From: an uncultured Bacteroidota bacterium
GTDB taxonomy: Bacteria > Bacteroidota > Bacteroidia > Bacteroidales > P3
Assembly: GCA_902784465.1 (NCBI GenBank)
Contig: CACZUZ010000008.1
Location: 2,963-66,962 of the forward strand
Length of the DNA: 64,000 bases
Direction of reading: 5' to 3'
In this document: positions 1 to 9,624 of the stretch, in pieces
Layout: every line of letters begins with the position of its first letter
How positions within the stretch are numbered: the first letter of the stretch is position 1
Position numbers and translations under genes: made by a program
The notes under the pieces: generated by a model
Database searches by the model: none
Seen by the model: the letters and a program-made list of their open reading frames with translations, nothing else
Told to the model about the DNA's origin: nothing

Positions 1-498
1 TATTAATTTTGCGACAGGTTGTTGATATTTTTCAAGGCCTGATTGAATAATTGTCTGTACTTATTGTATTGCATTAAGAACCAACAATTATGGGTGCAAA
101 GGTACAAATAAAAAATTATTCCATAAATAATTACGGCTGATTATATTTCTGCATTGCCCATTTCCGCAAGTCAGGATTGGCTGACCAAAAATAATAACAC
201 ATTGTGTATCAACAACAATCTCACATCATTCAGTTACTCGGAAATAGTGGAGCTTTGATGTCGACATACCTCACTGGAGGGTATCGGATAGATGATGCGA
301 AGCGACTTTCCGCCCCTTTTCCCGAAAAAAAAGCGAGGATATAAGCTGTGCAGTCCCTGACACTGTGCTTTTTGATCTACATAAAGTAGTTTGCGGATAT
401 TAGGCAGATTAAAATATTTAGTTTTGCTGAAGAAAACAAGATGTTTGACTTCGTGGATAATTTAGGTTCATCATAAAGTTTCGTGTCATAGGGCGTTT

Positions 499-660
499 TT
501 ATTTGGAAATTATGTCCCCGCAAAAGTCCTTCCTCTTGCATTTTGCACAGTGTATACCCTGCCACACACTATCAAGATGGTCGGCAGCAGCATCCACCAA
601 CGACGGCTCATCCGTCAGTATTCCAGCCTCAAAGTTGCGGTTCCGTATGATTCGTTGGGT
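499..660 (-). pseudogene. 5'-truncated remnant of an HKD/phospholipase-D-family nuclease gene
   Basis: Track ORF 499..687(-) reads ..NRNFEAGILTDEPSLVDAAADHLDSVWQGIHCAKCKRKDFC. This is an N-x-E-x-G tail like the end of an HKD motif, followed by a Cys-rich C-terminus. It is only ~55 codons and its apparent start lies inside the tRNA terminator hairpin. The family call is from motif memory only. Confidence 0.3.
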
Positions 661-664
661 GACG

Positions 665-716
665 AGCAAAAAGGAAAAACGCTGCAAGTTATTGATATTT
701 CTTTTCTTGCAGCGTT
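665..716 (-). terminator. Rho-independent-type terminator downstream of tRNA-Ser
   Basis: An 11-bp perfect stem (aacgctgcaag 678..688 pairs with cttgcagcgtt 706..716) with a 17-nt loop. On the minus strand it is followed by a T-rich run (complement of aaaaaggaaaaa). Confidence 0.55.
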
Positions 717-720
717 CTCT

Positions 721-811
721 TGGCGGAAAGGAGGGGATTCGAACCCCTGAAGCGCTTTTAACGCTTACTCGCTTTCCAGGCGGGCCTCTTCAACCACTCG
801 AGCACCTTTCC
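721..811 (-). tRNA. tRNA-Ser (anticodon GGA)
   Basis: The reverse complement is GGAAAGGTGCTCGAGTGGTTGAAGAGGCCCGCCTGGAAAGCGAGTAAGCGTTAAAAGCGCTTCAGGGGTTCGAATCCCCTCCTTTCCGCCA. It has acceptor GGAAAGG/CCTTTCC, anticodon loop CT-GGA-AA, a long variable arm, T-arm AGGGG-TTCGAAT-CCCCT and an encoded CCA. There is one C.A mismatch in the anticodon stem. Confidence 0.88.
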
Positions 812-970
812 GTGTGTTGATTTTGCAGGAGAATGAATCTGTCTTTATCCACTGTTGACGATTAATCTTCAACCATTTGCAGATAATAAATGATTTAATT
901 CATCTCTCTTTTGCAGTTGCAAAGATACGAAGTTTTTTTATTCTGCAAGAAAAAAGAGGAAAAATTATTA

Positions 971-1027
971 GAGGGGGGAGTGAGGAGGGGAGTAAGGAGT
1001 GGGAGTGAAAGGGGGGGAGTGAAGGGG
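971..1027. repeat. C-free, G-rich degenerate GGAGTGA-type repeat block
   Basis: The sequence gaggggggagtgaggaggggagtaaggagtgggagtgaaagggggggagtgaagggg has no C on the plus strand and contains several G3-G7 runs. Confidence 0.7.
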
Positions 1028-1113
1028 TTCTGCGATTGCACCCTCTATGGGGCTGCTTCGGAAATGTGCGGATAATCATAATATTTTTTGACACTTGGCG
1101 TTATTCGAACATC

Positions 1114-1869
1114 ATGGATACACTATCAAATAATCGGTTGAAAACGTTGGCTGCCTACCGCCAGCAGAAGAACTGCGAGGCCGACGGCCTTTTTGTTGTC
1201 GAGGGCGTAAAGATGGCTGGAGAGGCCCTGCGTTCTGGCTGGACAATACGTACACTGTGCACAACATCTGAGGCTCTGACGTCTTTGCGCGATGTGGACA
1301 TTCGTGCAGGGGAACTCTATCAAGCTAGTCCCGAACAGATTGACAGGCTCAGCTCGCTACGAACGCCTCAGGGGATATGGATGCTCGTTGAAAGAGAGCG
1401 TCCCCTCGAAGCCTCGCAATCGCGAAGCGACGATTTCATCCTGATGCTGGATGGCATCCAAGACCCAGGCAACATGGGTACCATCCTCCGCACAGCCGAC
1501 TGGTTCGGGGTTCGCATGGTGATCTGTAGCCAGGGGACGGTGTCGTGCTACAACCCAAAGGTGGTCCAGGCTTCGATGGGTGCAATATTCCGCACTCGCG
1601 TCATTTACTGCGATTTGGCCGAGACAATCACCCAGTATGCCGCCGAGGGTTACACCGCCTATGGTGCCATGCTCGATGGCGACGATGCCTTCGCCTCGCC
1701 AAAAGTGAAACCCTCGCTACTTGTCATCGGCAACGAGGGTCATGGTATCTCGGAAGAGGTGTCGGCCGTGGTCGGCCACAGACTCACCATCCCCAACATC
1801 GGAGGGACGTGCGAGTCGCTCAATGCTGCAGTGGCTACAGCGATATTGATGAGCGAGTTTTACAGGTAG
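1114..1869 (+). CDS. TrmH/SpoU-family RNA 2'-O-methyltransferase
   Basis: Inner ATG of track ORF 1036..1869. SpoU motifs are present: GIQDPGNMGTILRTADWFGV, VIGNEGHGIS and LNAAVATAILMSEF. Confidence 0.85.
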   Translation: MDTLSNNRLKTLAAYRQQKNCEADGLFVVEGVKMAGEALRSGWTIRTLCTTSEALTSLRDVDIRAGELYQASPEQIDRLSSLRTPQGIWMLVERERPLEASQSRSDDFILMLDGIQDPGNMGTILRTADWFGVRMVICSQGTVSCYNPKVVQASMGAIFRTRVIYCDLAETITQYAAEGYTAYGAMLDGDDAFASPKVKPSLLVIGNEGHGISEEVSAVVGHRLTIPNIGGTCESLNAAVATAILMSEFYR

Positions 1870-2846
1870 ATGTCGTCGGTGGCCAGAAAGCCATTGACGT
1901 ATTTCTCCACGCCTTCGGGAACGGTAAGGAACGGCTTGTCGTAGCCGGCGGAGCGTAGCTTGGTGAGGTCGGCTTGGGTGAAGTACTGGTACTGGTTACG
2001 CACCGAGTCGGGCATGTCGACATACTCGATTCGGGGTTCAATCCCCATGCTGCGGGCGATGCTCTCGGCAACGACATTGTATGAAGTGGCGTTGCCGGTA
2101 CCCACGTTGAAGAGACCGCTGACCTGCGGATGTTCCAGCATCCAGAGCATGACCGAGACGCAGTCGCCCACCCATACGAAGTCGCGCCGCTGCTCGCCGT
2201 CGGCACAGTCGTCGCGGTACGACTTGAACAGGCGTACCTTGCCGGTGCTGCGGTACTGCTCGAAGAAGTGGCGCACCACGCTCATCTGCATGCCTTTGTG
2301 GTACTCGTTGGGACCGTAGACATTGAAGAACTTGAGCCCTACAACCTGTGGGACAATTCCCGTCGACGAGGAGATCTCCCTGGCGAGAAACTTGTCGACG
2401 GCATTCTTGCTCCATCCATAGGGGTTCAGTGGCTGCAACGACGAGAGAAAGTAGAGGTCGTCGCGGTCGACGAAGCCATGTTCACCGGCACCGTAGGTGG
2501 CTGCCGACGAGGCATAGATGAGAGGGATATTGTTGGAGGTGCAGAACTCGAAGAGCGACACCGTGAACTGGAAATTGTTGACGACGATTTTGTCGACGTC
2601 TGTCTCGGTGGTTGACGAGATGGCTCCGAGGTGGAGTATGGCCTTGACCTCGGCGGCGTGAGCCGACAGGAAGGAGTCGAGCTGGTCGGGCAGGACAAAA
2701 CGTAATGCCCCACGCTTGGCGATGTTACGCCACTTCTTTTCGCGGCCGAAATCATCCACTGCGACGATGTCGTCGTAGCCATTCTGCTGCATCGCATAGA
2801 GTAGGTTGGAGCCTATGAAGCCTGTGGCGCCGGTGACGATATACAT
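1860..2846 (-). CDS. hldD: ADP-L-glycero-D-manno-heptose 6-epimerase
   Basis: 328 aa. It aligns along its length with E. coli RfaD from memory: IVTGATGFIGSN, YASSAATYG, FNVYGPNE.HKG, RDFV.VGD, FNVGTG, FTQADLTKLRSAGYDKPF.TV.EGV..Y. Confidence 0.85.
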   Translation of the reverse strand: MYIVTGATGFIGSNLLYAMQQNGYDDIVAVDDFGREKKWRNIAKRGALRFVLPDQLDSFLSAHAAEVKAILHLGAISSTTETDVDKIVVNNFQFTVSLFEFCTSNNIPLIYASSAATYGAGEHGFVDRDDLYFLSSLQPLNPYGWSKNAVDKFLAREISSSTGIVPQVVGLKFFNVYGPNEYHKGMQMSVVRHFFEQYRSTGKVRLFKSYRDDCADGEQRRDFVWVGDCVSVMLWMLEHPQVSGLFNVGTGNATSYNVVAESIARSMGIEPRIEYVDMPDSVRNQYQYFTQADLTKLRSAGYDKPFLTVPEGVEKYVNGFLATDDIYL

Positions 2847-2867
2847 AGCAGACAGTTTATCGTTGTT

Positions 2868-3362
2868 TTATTGTTTAACTGCCACCATGTCGGCGATGCC
2901 AGTGATGGTGAAGCCCATTGCCGTGGCCACGAGGCTGGCCTGGCAGGTGGCAACACCGTCCGTGGGCTTGGCGATGACAGGTATGGTGACGGTGAATCTG
3001 ACATTGGTGTTCAGTATTGGATAGTCAACAGTGATGGGGTCGACATGCAGTCCGCTCTCGTTGACGTAGCCTTCCGTGGTCTTCTCGTCTACGGTAATCT
3101 TCACGTCGCCCTTGTTGCCTTTGAGGGCAACGTTGAGGTTCATCTCTTCGATGGGCTGCTCTAACTTGTCTGTGCCTGCCAGAGCCGCCAAAGCCTGCGG
3201 GATGTCGATGATCAGGGTGCCGGTGGCAACATAGTCTCCCTCGAAATCTTTGGCGGGATTTACCTGCTCTTGTTCAATTGGTTTTGCTTCTTCGTCGTCT
3301 TTTTTGCATGAGACAAATGTCAGTAACGACACGGCCAATAGGCATAATAATAAACGTTTCAT
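2868..3362 (-). CDS. lipoprotein of unknown function
   Basis: Inner ATG at 3362. It has a signal peptide plus lipobox, MKRLLLCLLAVSLLTFVSC. No recognisable catalytic motif. Confidence 0.6.
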   Translation of the reverse strand: MKRLLLCLLAVSLLTFVSCKKDDEEAKPIEQEQVNPAKDFEGDYVATGTLIIDIPQALAALAGTDKLEQPIEEMNLNVALKGNKGDVKITVDEKTTEGYVNESGLHVDPITVDYPILNTNVRFTVTIPVIAKPTDGVATCQASLVATAMGFTITGIADMVAVKQ

Positions 3363-3448
3363 GATAATTTTCAATTGGTTATTGTATTTATGAATTAGTG
3401 GTTGGTTTTGCAAATATACTAAAATTCAGCGATTGGTGATCGGCTCTA

Positions 3449-4048
3449 CTATTGTTTCCACTCCAGTGTTTCCAGCAGGTGGTCGATGTCGGCTTGCAGG
3501 TACTCCAGAACGGGGGCCAGCGAGTCGTTGTTGGGCACACAGTCGATGTAGAGCGAGCCACGCAGGAAGTGTCGCACGCTGTCGGTGGCCCAAAACTGGT
3601 AGGTGGAGGCGACATTCTGACCCTGGAGACGGAACGTGGAGGCGTATACGTGTCCGGCTTCGTTGACAAAGGTGCGCTCGTCGACACCCGACGAGAAGTC
3701 GAAGTGCTGCGACAGCAACCGGTAGGAGGTGTCGACCTCGCCAGCCAGGTCGCCGGGACGGCGTAGAGGGATGTAGCTCAAGAAGATGATGCCGTTGAGG
3801 TCGGCGTATCGCAAGTCCACCCACTTCATGCGACGGTCGTCGCGTTTCAGGTCGGCGGTGGCATCGGCGGCACGCTCGAAACGGAAGGGGAGGGCTGCAG
3901 TGTCGTATGCCACATACCTCTTGGCGGGCAAGTCGATGCGCATATATCCCTTGGGTTTGGGCGTGTGGCTATTCCCCGCCCCGCCACACGACGCGAGCAG
4001 CAGAATGATAAATATACTAATCGTCAGGGTTGCTGTATTGGGCTTCAT
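3449..4048 (-). CDS. gldD: gliding-motility/T9SS-associated lipoprotein GldD
   Basis: Inner ATG at 4048 and lipobox LLASC. GldD-like landmarks are PKPKGYMRIDLP..Y, FWATDSVRHFLRGSLY, PNNDSLAPV and ETLEWK. Confidence 0.7.
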   Translation of the reverse strand: MKPNTATLTISIFIILLLASCGGAGNSHTPKPKGYMRIDLPAKRYVAYDTAALPFRFERAADATADLKRDDRRMKWVDLRYADLNGIIFLSYIPLRRPGDLAGEVDTSYRLLSQHFDFSSGVDERTFVNEAGHVYASTFRLQGQNVASTYQFWATDSVRHFLRGSLYIDCVPNNDSLAPVLEYLQADIDHLLETLEWKQ

Positions 4049-4120
4049 TGCGTTTATCTGTTTTTCTGTATAACGTGTAATGTTTAATTTTATTATTTTT
4101 GCAAAATAAAAGCATGTATC

Positions 4121-4534
4121 TTGAACCGCCTGCAATATATCTTAAAAGCTAAGACACAGTATGATATCCAGTCGCCCTTCTTGTTCGAACTCTACAGCGA
4201 AGTGCTGAATGCAAGGCTGGCGAAGGAGCAGCGTGTGCCGCTTGGCGATGCCGTCCAAGGCCGCTATGCCGAAATACGTTACATGCTGGGCGACCATTAT
4301 GCTGCCCGACCTGTCGAGAGGGCGGGATGGGATGTCGACGACCTGCTCGACTCGCACGATGTGGGGCTGATAGGTCTGGTGAAGTCCCCTCATCGCGACA
4401 GCCGGAGCGAAAAGTGCTGGGAAAGAGTGTCGAAAAGGGATGAGGTGACGTTGTCGGTAGACCTGTTCGACATCGGCATCCTCTTCACCTGCAGCAAGCT
4501 GTCGAGGCAGCACATTCTCCTGCGTTGCCAATGA
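4121..4534 (+). CDS. hypothetical protein
   Basis: 137-aa ORF with a TTG start, in the gap between gldD and eno. No motif could be placed with confidence. Confidence 0.4.
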   Translation: MNRLQYILKAKTQYDIQSPFLFELYSEVLNARLAKEQRVPLGDAVQGRYAEIRYMLGDHYAARPVERAGWDVDDLLDSHDVGLIGLVKSPHRDSRSEKCWERVSKRDEVTLSVDLFDIGILFTCSKLSRQHILLRCQ

Positions 4535-5929
<1,395 letters not shown>

Positions 5930-5937
5930 ATGGAATC

Positions 5938-6029
5938 CAAACGTAAAACGTAAAACCAACCTCAAACGTCAAAACATAATAACCAAACGTCAAACGTCAA
6001 ACGTCAAACGTCAAACCTTCAAACCAGCA
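5938..6029. repeat. AAACGT(C/A)-type stutter spacer between eno and thiL
   Basis: Four perfect CAAACGT units at 5984..6011 are flanked by degenerate copies (aaacgtaaaacgtaaaacc.., caaaccttcaaacc). The block runs up to the thiL ATG. Confidence 0.85.
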
Positions 6030-7094
6030 ATGGACAATCTTGAATATCAAGAAGGAAGGACTGAACTCAATGCCCTTGGTCAGTACGCTCTCATCGAGCG
6101 GCTGACCGACGGCTTTGAAGTCCGCAACAAGTCGACCGTCAAGACCGCCGGCGACGACTGTGCTGTCATTGGAGCGGAAAGCGGAGAACAGAAAGCGGGT
6201 AGTTTTTTGCTGACTAACATACAGACATTGGCTGAAGGGGTGGACTTCGACATGATGTACACTCCGCTGAAGCATCTAGGCTACAAGGCTGTAGCCCTGG
6301 CTCTTAGCAATATAGCAGCCATGAATGGTAATCCCCGTCAGATCGAGGTGAGCCTGGCGGTGTCCAACCGCTATTCGCTCGAAGCCCTCGAAGAGCTCTA
6401 CTCCGGCATCAGGCTCTGCTGCGACCGCTACGATGTCGACCTCGTGGGCGGCAGCATAGGCAGCAGTCGGTCGGGCATGGTCATCACGGTGTCGGCTATA
6501 GGCGATGTCGATGAGTCGCGCATCACCTACCGCAGCGGCGCCAAACTCCACGACCTTATCTGTGTCAGCGGTGACCTTGGCAGTGCCTATTCCGGCTTGC
6601 TTGTCCTGGAACGCGAGAAAGTCACCTATCAGGCCAACCCCGACTTCCAGCCCGACCTCGACTCCTACGATTATGTCCTGGAACGTTACCTGAAACCGGA
6701 ACCTCGTCTCGACATCGTCCATACGCTGGCAGCAAAGGGGGTGGTACCCACCTCGATGATTGACGTGGGCGACGGCCTTGCCTCCGAGCTCCTGCAGATA
6801 TGCCACGCATCGCACTGTGGCTGTGAAGTCTATGAGGAGCGCATCCCCATCGACTACCAGACGAGTCGCGTGTGCAGCGAGATGAGCAAGAACATGCTGC
6901 CCATCTCCAACGCCCTCAACGGCGGCGGCGACTACGAGCTGCTCTTCACCATCGACCAGAAGGACTACGACAAGGTCAAGGACATGGATGGCGTCCATAT
7001 CATTGGCCACATCACCGAGGAGGGCATGCCCTCTGTCATGGTGACACCTCAAAACAGTACTATAACCCTTGTTGCACAGGGATTTAGACAATAA
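6030..7094 (+). CDS. thiL: thiamine-monophosphate kinase
   Basis: 354 aa with the AIR-synthase-related fold pattern: GDDCAVI, DFD.MY, AMNG.P, DLVGG, GGDYELLFT. Confidence 0.8.
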   Translation: MDNLEYQEGRTELNALGQYALIERLTDGFEVRNKSTVKTAGDDCAVIGAESGEQKAGSFLLTNIQTLAEGVDFDMMYTPLKHLGYKAVALALSNIAAMNGNPRQIEVSLAVSNRYSLEALEELYSGIRLCCDRYDVDLVGGSIGSSRSGMVITVSAIGDVDESRITYRSGAKLHDLICVSGDLGSAYSGLLVLEREKVTYQANPDFQPDLDSYDYVLERYLKPEPRLDIVHTLAAKGVVPTSMIDVGDGLASELLQICHASHCGCEVYEERIPIDYQTSRVCSEMSKNMLPISNALNGGGDYELLFTIDQKDYDKVKDMDGVHIIGHITEEGMPSVMVTPQNSTITLVAQGFRQ

Positions 7095-7125
7095 TTAATA
7101 TTCCTTACATTAAACATTACAGACA

Positions 7126-7782
7126 ATGAAAAAAATATTTGTTTTTGCTTTTGCAATGGTATTTTGTGGTTTTGCTGCCAACGCACAAAACAGTCTGCCA
7201 AAGAAAGTGATAAAGAAAAACGTGAAAGTCGAAAATGCCAACAACACTGTCGGGCAGCAGAACGCCAGTGAGGTTGCGCCTGTCATCATAACCAACAAAT
7301 CGGCAGGACCGCTCGTCATAGGCCAGAAGATGGTCGAGACAGCCCCGGAAGGAGCTTTCTTTGACATGGTGAAATATGTAAAGGGCGAATATGGCTCGTC
7401 TTACACTCTGTATAAGAACAACAAGAAAATAGGAAGAGTCAGTGTGAACAGCCGTGGCGAAATAGAGAACATAACTGTCGACGGCAAATGCAATGTGCAG
7501 ACAGAGAACGGCATTACGATTGGGATGCCTTATGGCGAAGCTATCGGCAAACCCGGTGTCAAGGCTTTGGCCGAACGCATGGACGGTGGCTTTATGCTGA
7601 CCATTGAATACAACGGCTTGGGGATATCCTGCAACTACGACTCGGATGATTGCTGGTCACAGCAGGGCAAGGCAAGACTGAAAAAAGCTCCCGAAAACCG
7701 TGACGGCTATCTGGAACTTAAATCCACCGATTTCAAGAAAGATGCTGTCGTGGATTCTTTCTTTGCCAATGGCATGGATTGA
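7126..7782 (+). CDS. secreted hypothetical protein
   Basis: 218 aa with N-terminal signal peptide MKKIFVFAFAMVFCGFAANAQ. No recognisable domain. Confidence 0.55.
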   Translation: MKKIFVFAFAMVFCGFAANAQNSLPKKVIKKNVKVENANNTVGQQNASEVAPVIITNKSAGPLVIGQKMVETAPEGAFFDMVKYVKGEYGSSYTLYKNNKKIGRVSVNSRGEIENITVDGKCNVQTENGITIGMPYGEAIGKPGVKALAERMDGGFMLTIEYNGLGISCNYDSDDCWSQQGKARLKKAPENRDGYLELKSTDFKKDAVVDSFFANGMD

Positions 7783-7810
7783 CAATGTGTTGAAAATAAA
7801 TATATAACAA

Positions 7811-8488
7811 GTGCAGGATACTTTCAAACATCAGGGATGGCGGATGCAGATGGTCAAGCAGCTGCGCGAGAAGGGCATCTTCAGCGATGCCGTGCTCGAC
7901 GCCATGTCGAAGGTGCCGCGTCATCTTTTCCTCGAGACGGCTCTCGACTATATGGCCTACGAGGACAAGGCTCTGCCCATCAGATGCGGACAGACTATCT
8001 CGCAACCCTCCACGGTGGCTTTCCAGACCGAGCTGCTCGACTGCAAAGCCGACATGAAAGTGCTTGAGGTGGGTACCGGCAGTGGCTATCAGACCGCTGT
8101 GCTTTGCGCCATGGGACTCCGCGTCTTCTCTGTCGAGAGGCAGATGGAGCTGTACGACATCACCAAACCTCTCCTCGCGAAGCTGAAATACCGTGCCAAA
8201 TGCTTCCTCGGCGACGGCTATGCCGGTCTGCCCGAGTATGCACCCTTCGACCGTATCATCATCACCTGCGGCGCCCCCGAGGTGCCGCAGGCTCTGCTCG
8301 ACCAGCTCAAGACCGGCGGCATTATGGTCATCCCCATAGGAGGCAAAAACCAGGAGATGACTCGAATAACCAAGAATGGCGACAAACCCGAAGATCTTCT
8401 TATACAGCACTATGGCGACTGCAGCTTCGTCCCGATGCTGAACAAAACGGTCCCCGTCGACCGAAAGACAAAACTTCTCAACGATTAA
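7811..8488 (+). CDS. pcm: protein-L-isoaspartate O-methyltransferase
   Basis: GTG start. Motifs present: VPRHLF, GQTISQPSTVA, VLEVGTGSGYQTAVL, FDRIIITCGAPEVP, GGIMVIPIG. Confidence 0.9.
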   Translation: MQDTFKHQGWRMQMVKQLREKGIFSDAVLDAMSKVPRHLFLETALDYMAYEDKALPIRCGQTISQPSTVAFQTELLDCKADMKVLEVGTGSGYQTAVLCAMGLRVFSVERQMELYDITKPLLAKLKYRAKCFLGDGYAGLPEYAPFDRIIITCGAPEVPQALLDQLKTGGIMVIPIGGKNQEMTRITKNGDKPEDLLIQHYGDCSFVPMLNKTVPVDRKTKLLND

Positions 8489-8512
8489 TCTTTTTAACCC
8501 TTTTTCATTCTC

Positions 8513-9583
8513 ATGCAATTCAAGGATATTGTTGGACAGACAGCTATCGCAAACAGGCTGACGGAAATTATCGACCAGGGAAGGGTCAGTCATGCGCAGA
8601 TGTTCCTCGGCGACACCGCCTCGGGGTCGTTGGCTCTTGCTATCGCCTACGCCCAGTATCTGAGTTGCACCAACCGCCAGCACTTCGACAACGGGGGACA
8701 GGCCACCGACAACGTCGCGCTCCGCGCCGACTCATGCGGACAGTGCCCCTCATGCAGAAAGTTCCAGCAACTCTCCCACCCCGACCTGCACCTCTACTTC
8801 CCCAATGCCGCCATCGAGAAGATGAAGAACGCCAGCAACGTCTCGTCGGCCGACTACCAGGGAGAGTTCCGCGAGTTTCTGCTGAAGCACAACCAGACGG
8901 GCTCCGTCGAGTTGTGGTACCAGCACCTCGACATCGAGAAGAAGCAGGCCATCATCCGCGACAGCGATGCCAACGACATGGTACGCGCGCTCTCGCTCAC
9001 CTCCTACGAGGGCAACTACAAGATGGTTGTCATCTGGATGGCCGAGAAGATGAACGGCACCATGGCGAACAAAATCCTCAAGACCCTCGAAGAGCCCAAC
9101 CCGCAGACCCTCATCCTGCTGGTTGTGGAGAACAGCGAGCGCATGCTCAGCACCATAATCTCGCGCACCCAGGTTGTAAGGGTTCCCGACCGGAAGGGCG
9201 CTGCGCGTTTTGTCGGCGAAGACTTCCCGCAGCTCTACGTCACCTGGATGCGACAGCTCTTCAAACTCAACATGTACACCCTCTCGCAGTGGGTCGACGC
9301 CATGCATGCACGTACCAGAGAGCAGCAGAAGCAATTCCTCTATTTCGCACAGGACGCTCTACGCCAATGTTTCCTGCGAAACAATGCCGGTCTGCCGCTC
9401 AATATGGATTTCGGGGATGAGAAATTCAACCTCTCGTTCCCGACGATGATTACCGCAAACAATATCGAGAAACTCAACGATGCCTTCGACCAGGCCATCT
9501 TTGCCGTCGAACGTAACGCATACGCCAAGATGCTTTTCATGGAACTGTCGTTCCGGATCAGCAAGGCATTGAAGAAACGATAA
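8513..9583 (+). CDS. holB: DNA polymerase III subunit delta' (clamp-loader ATPase-like)
   Basis: 356 aa. The N-terminus FKDIVGQ...GRVSHAQMFLG, the Cys cluster C..C.SC and the LKTLEEP box match, and it has the typical position upstream of a PSP1 gene. Confidence 0.8.
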   Translation: MQFKDIVGQTAIANRLTEIIDQGRVSHAQMFLGDTASGSLALAIAYAQYLSCTNRQHFDNGGQATDNVALRADSCGQCPSCRKFQQLSHPDLHLYFPNAAIEKMKNASNVSSADYQGEFREFLLKHNQTGSVELWYQHLDIEKKQAIIRDSDANDMVRALSLTSYEGNYKMVVIWMAEKMNGTMANKILKTLEEPNPQTLILLVVENSERMLSTIISRTQVVRVPDRKGAARFVGEDFPQLYVTWMRQLFKLNMYTLSQWVDAMHARTREQQKQFLYFAQDALRQCFLRNNAGLPLNMDFGDEKFNLSFPTMITANNIEKLNDAFDQAIFAVERNAYAKMLFMELSFRISKALKKR

Positions 9584-9624
9584 CGAAAAAAAAGAAACCG
9601 ATAACGAAAACCGACAACGAAAAC
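9578..9624. repeat. CGATAACGAAAA word repeat (holB/PSP1 spacer)
   Basis: cgataacgaaaa occurs at 9578..9589 and 9599..9610, and cgacaacgaaaa at 9612..9623. The same 12-mer recurs in mRNA sense at the pyrB/pyrI spacer. Confidence 0.85.

Noticed and set aside
306-314. ctttccgcc, a 9-nt match to the tRNA-Ser 3' end, as a possible att repeat
   Set aside because: It is only 9 nt and is in inverted rather than direct orientation relative to the tRNA gene, which is compatible with chance.
8104-9420. 438-aa Arg/Pro-rich ORF overlapping pcm and holB in another frame
   Set aside because: It is an alternative-frame artefact of GC-rich coding DNA with extreme R/P/H content. The pcm and holB frames carry clear family motifs.
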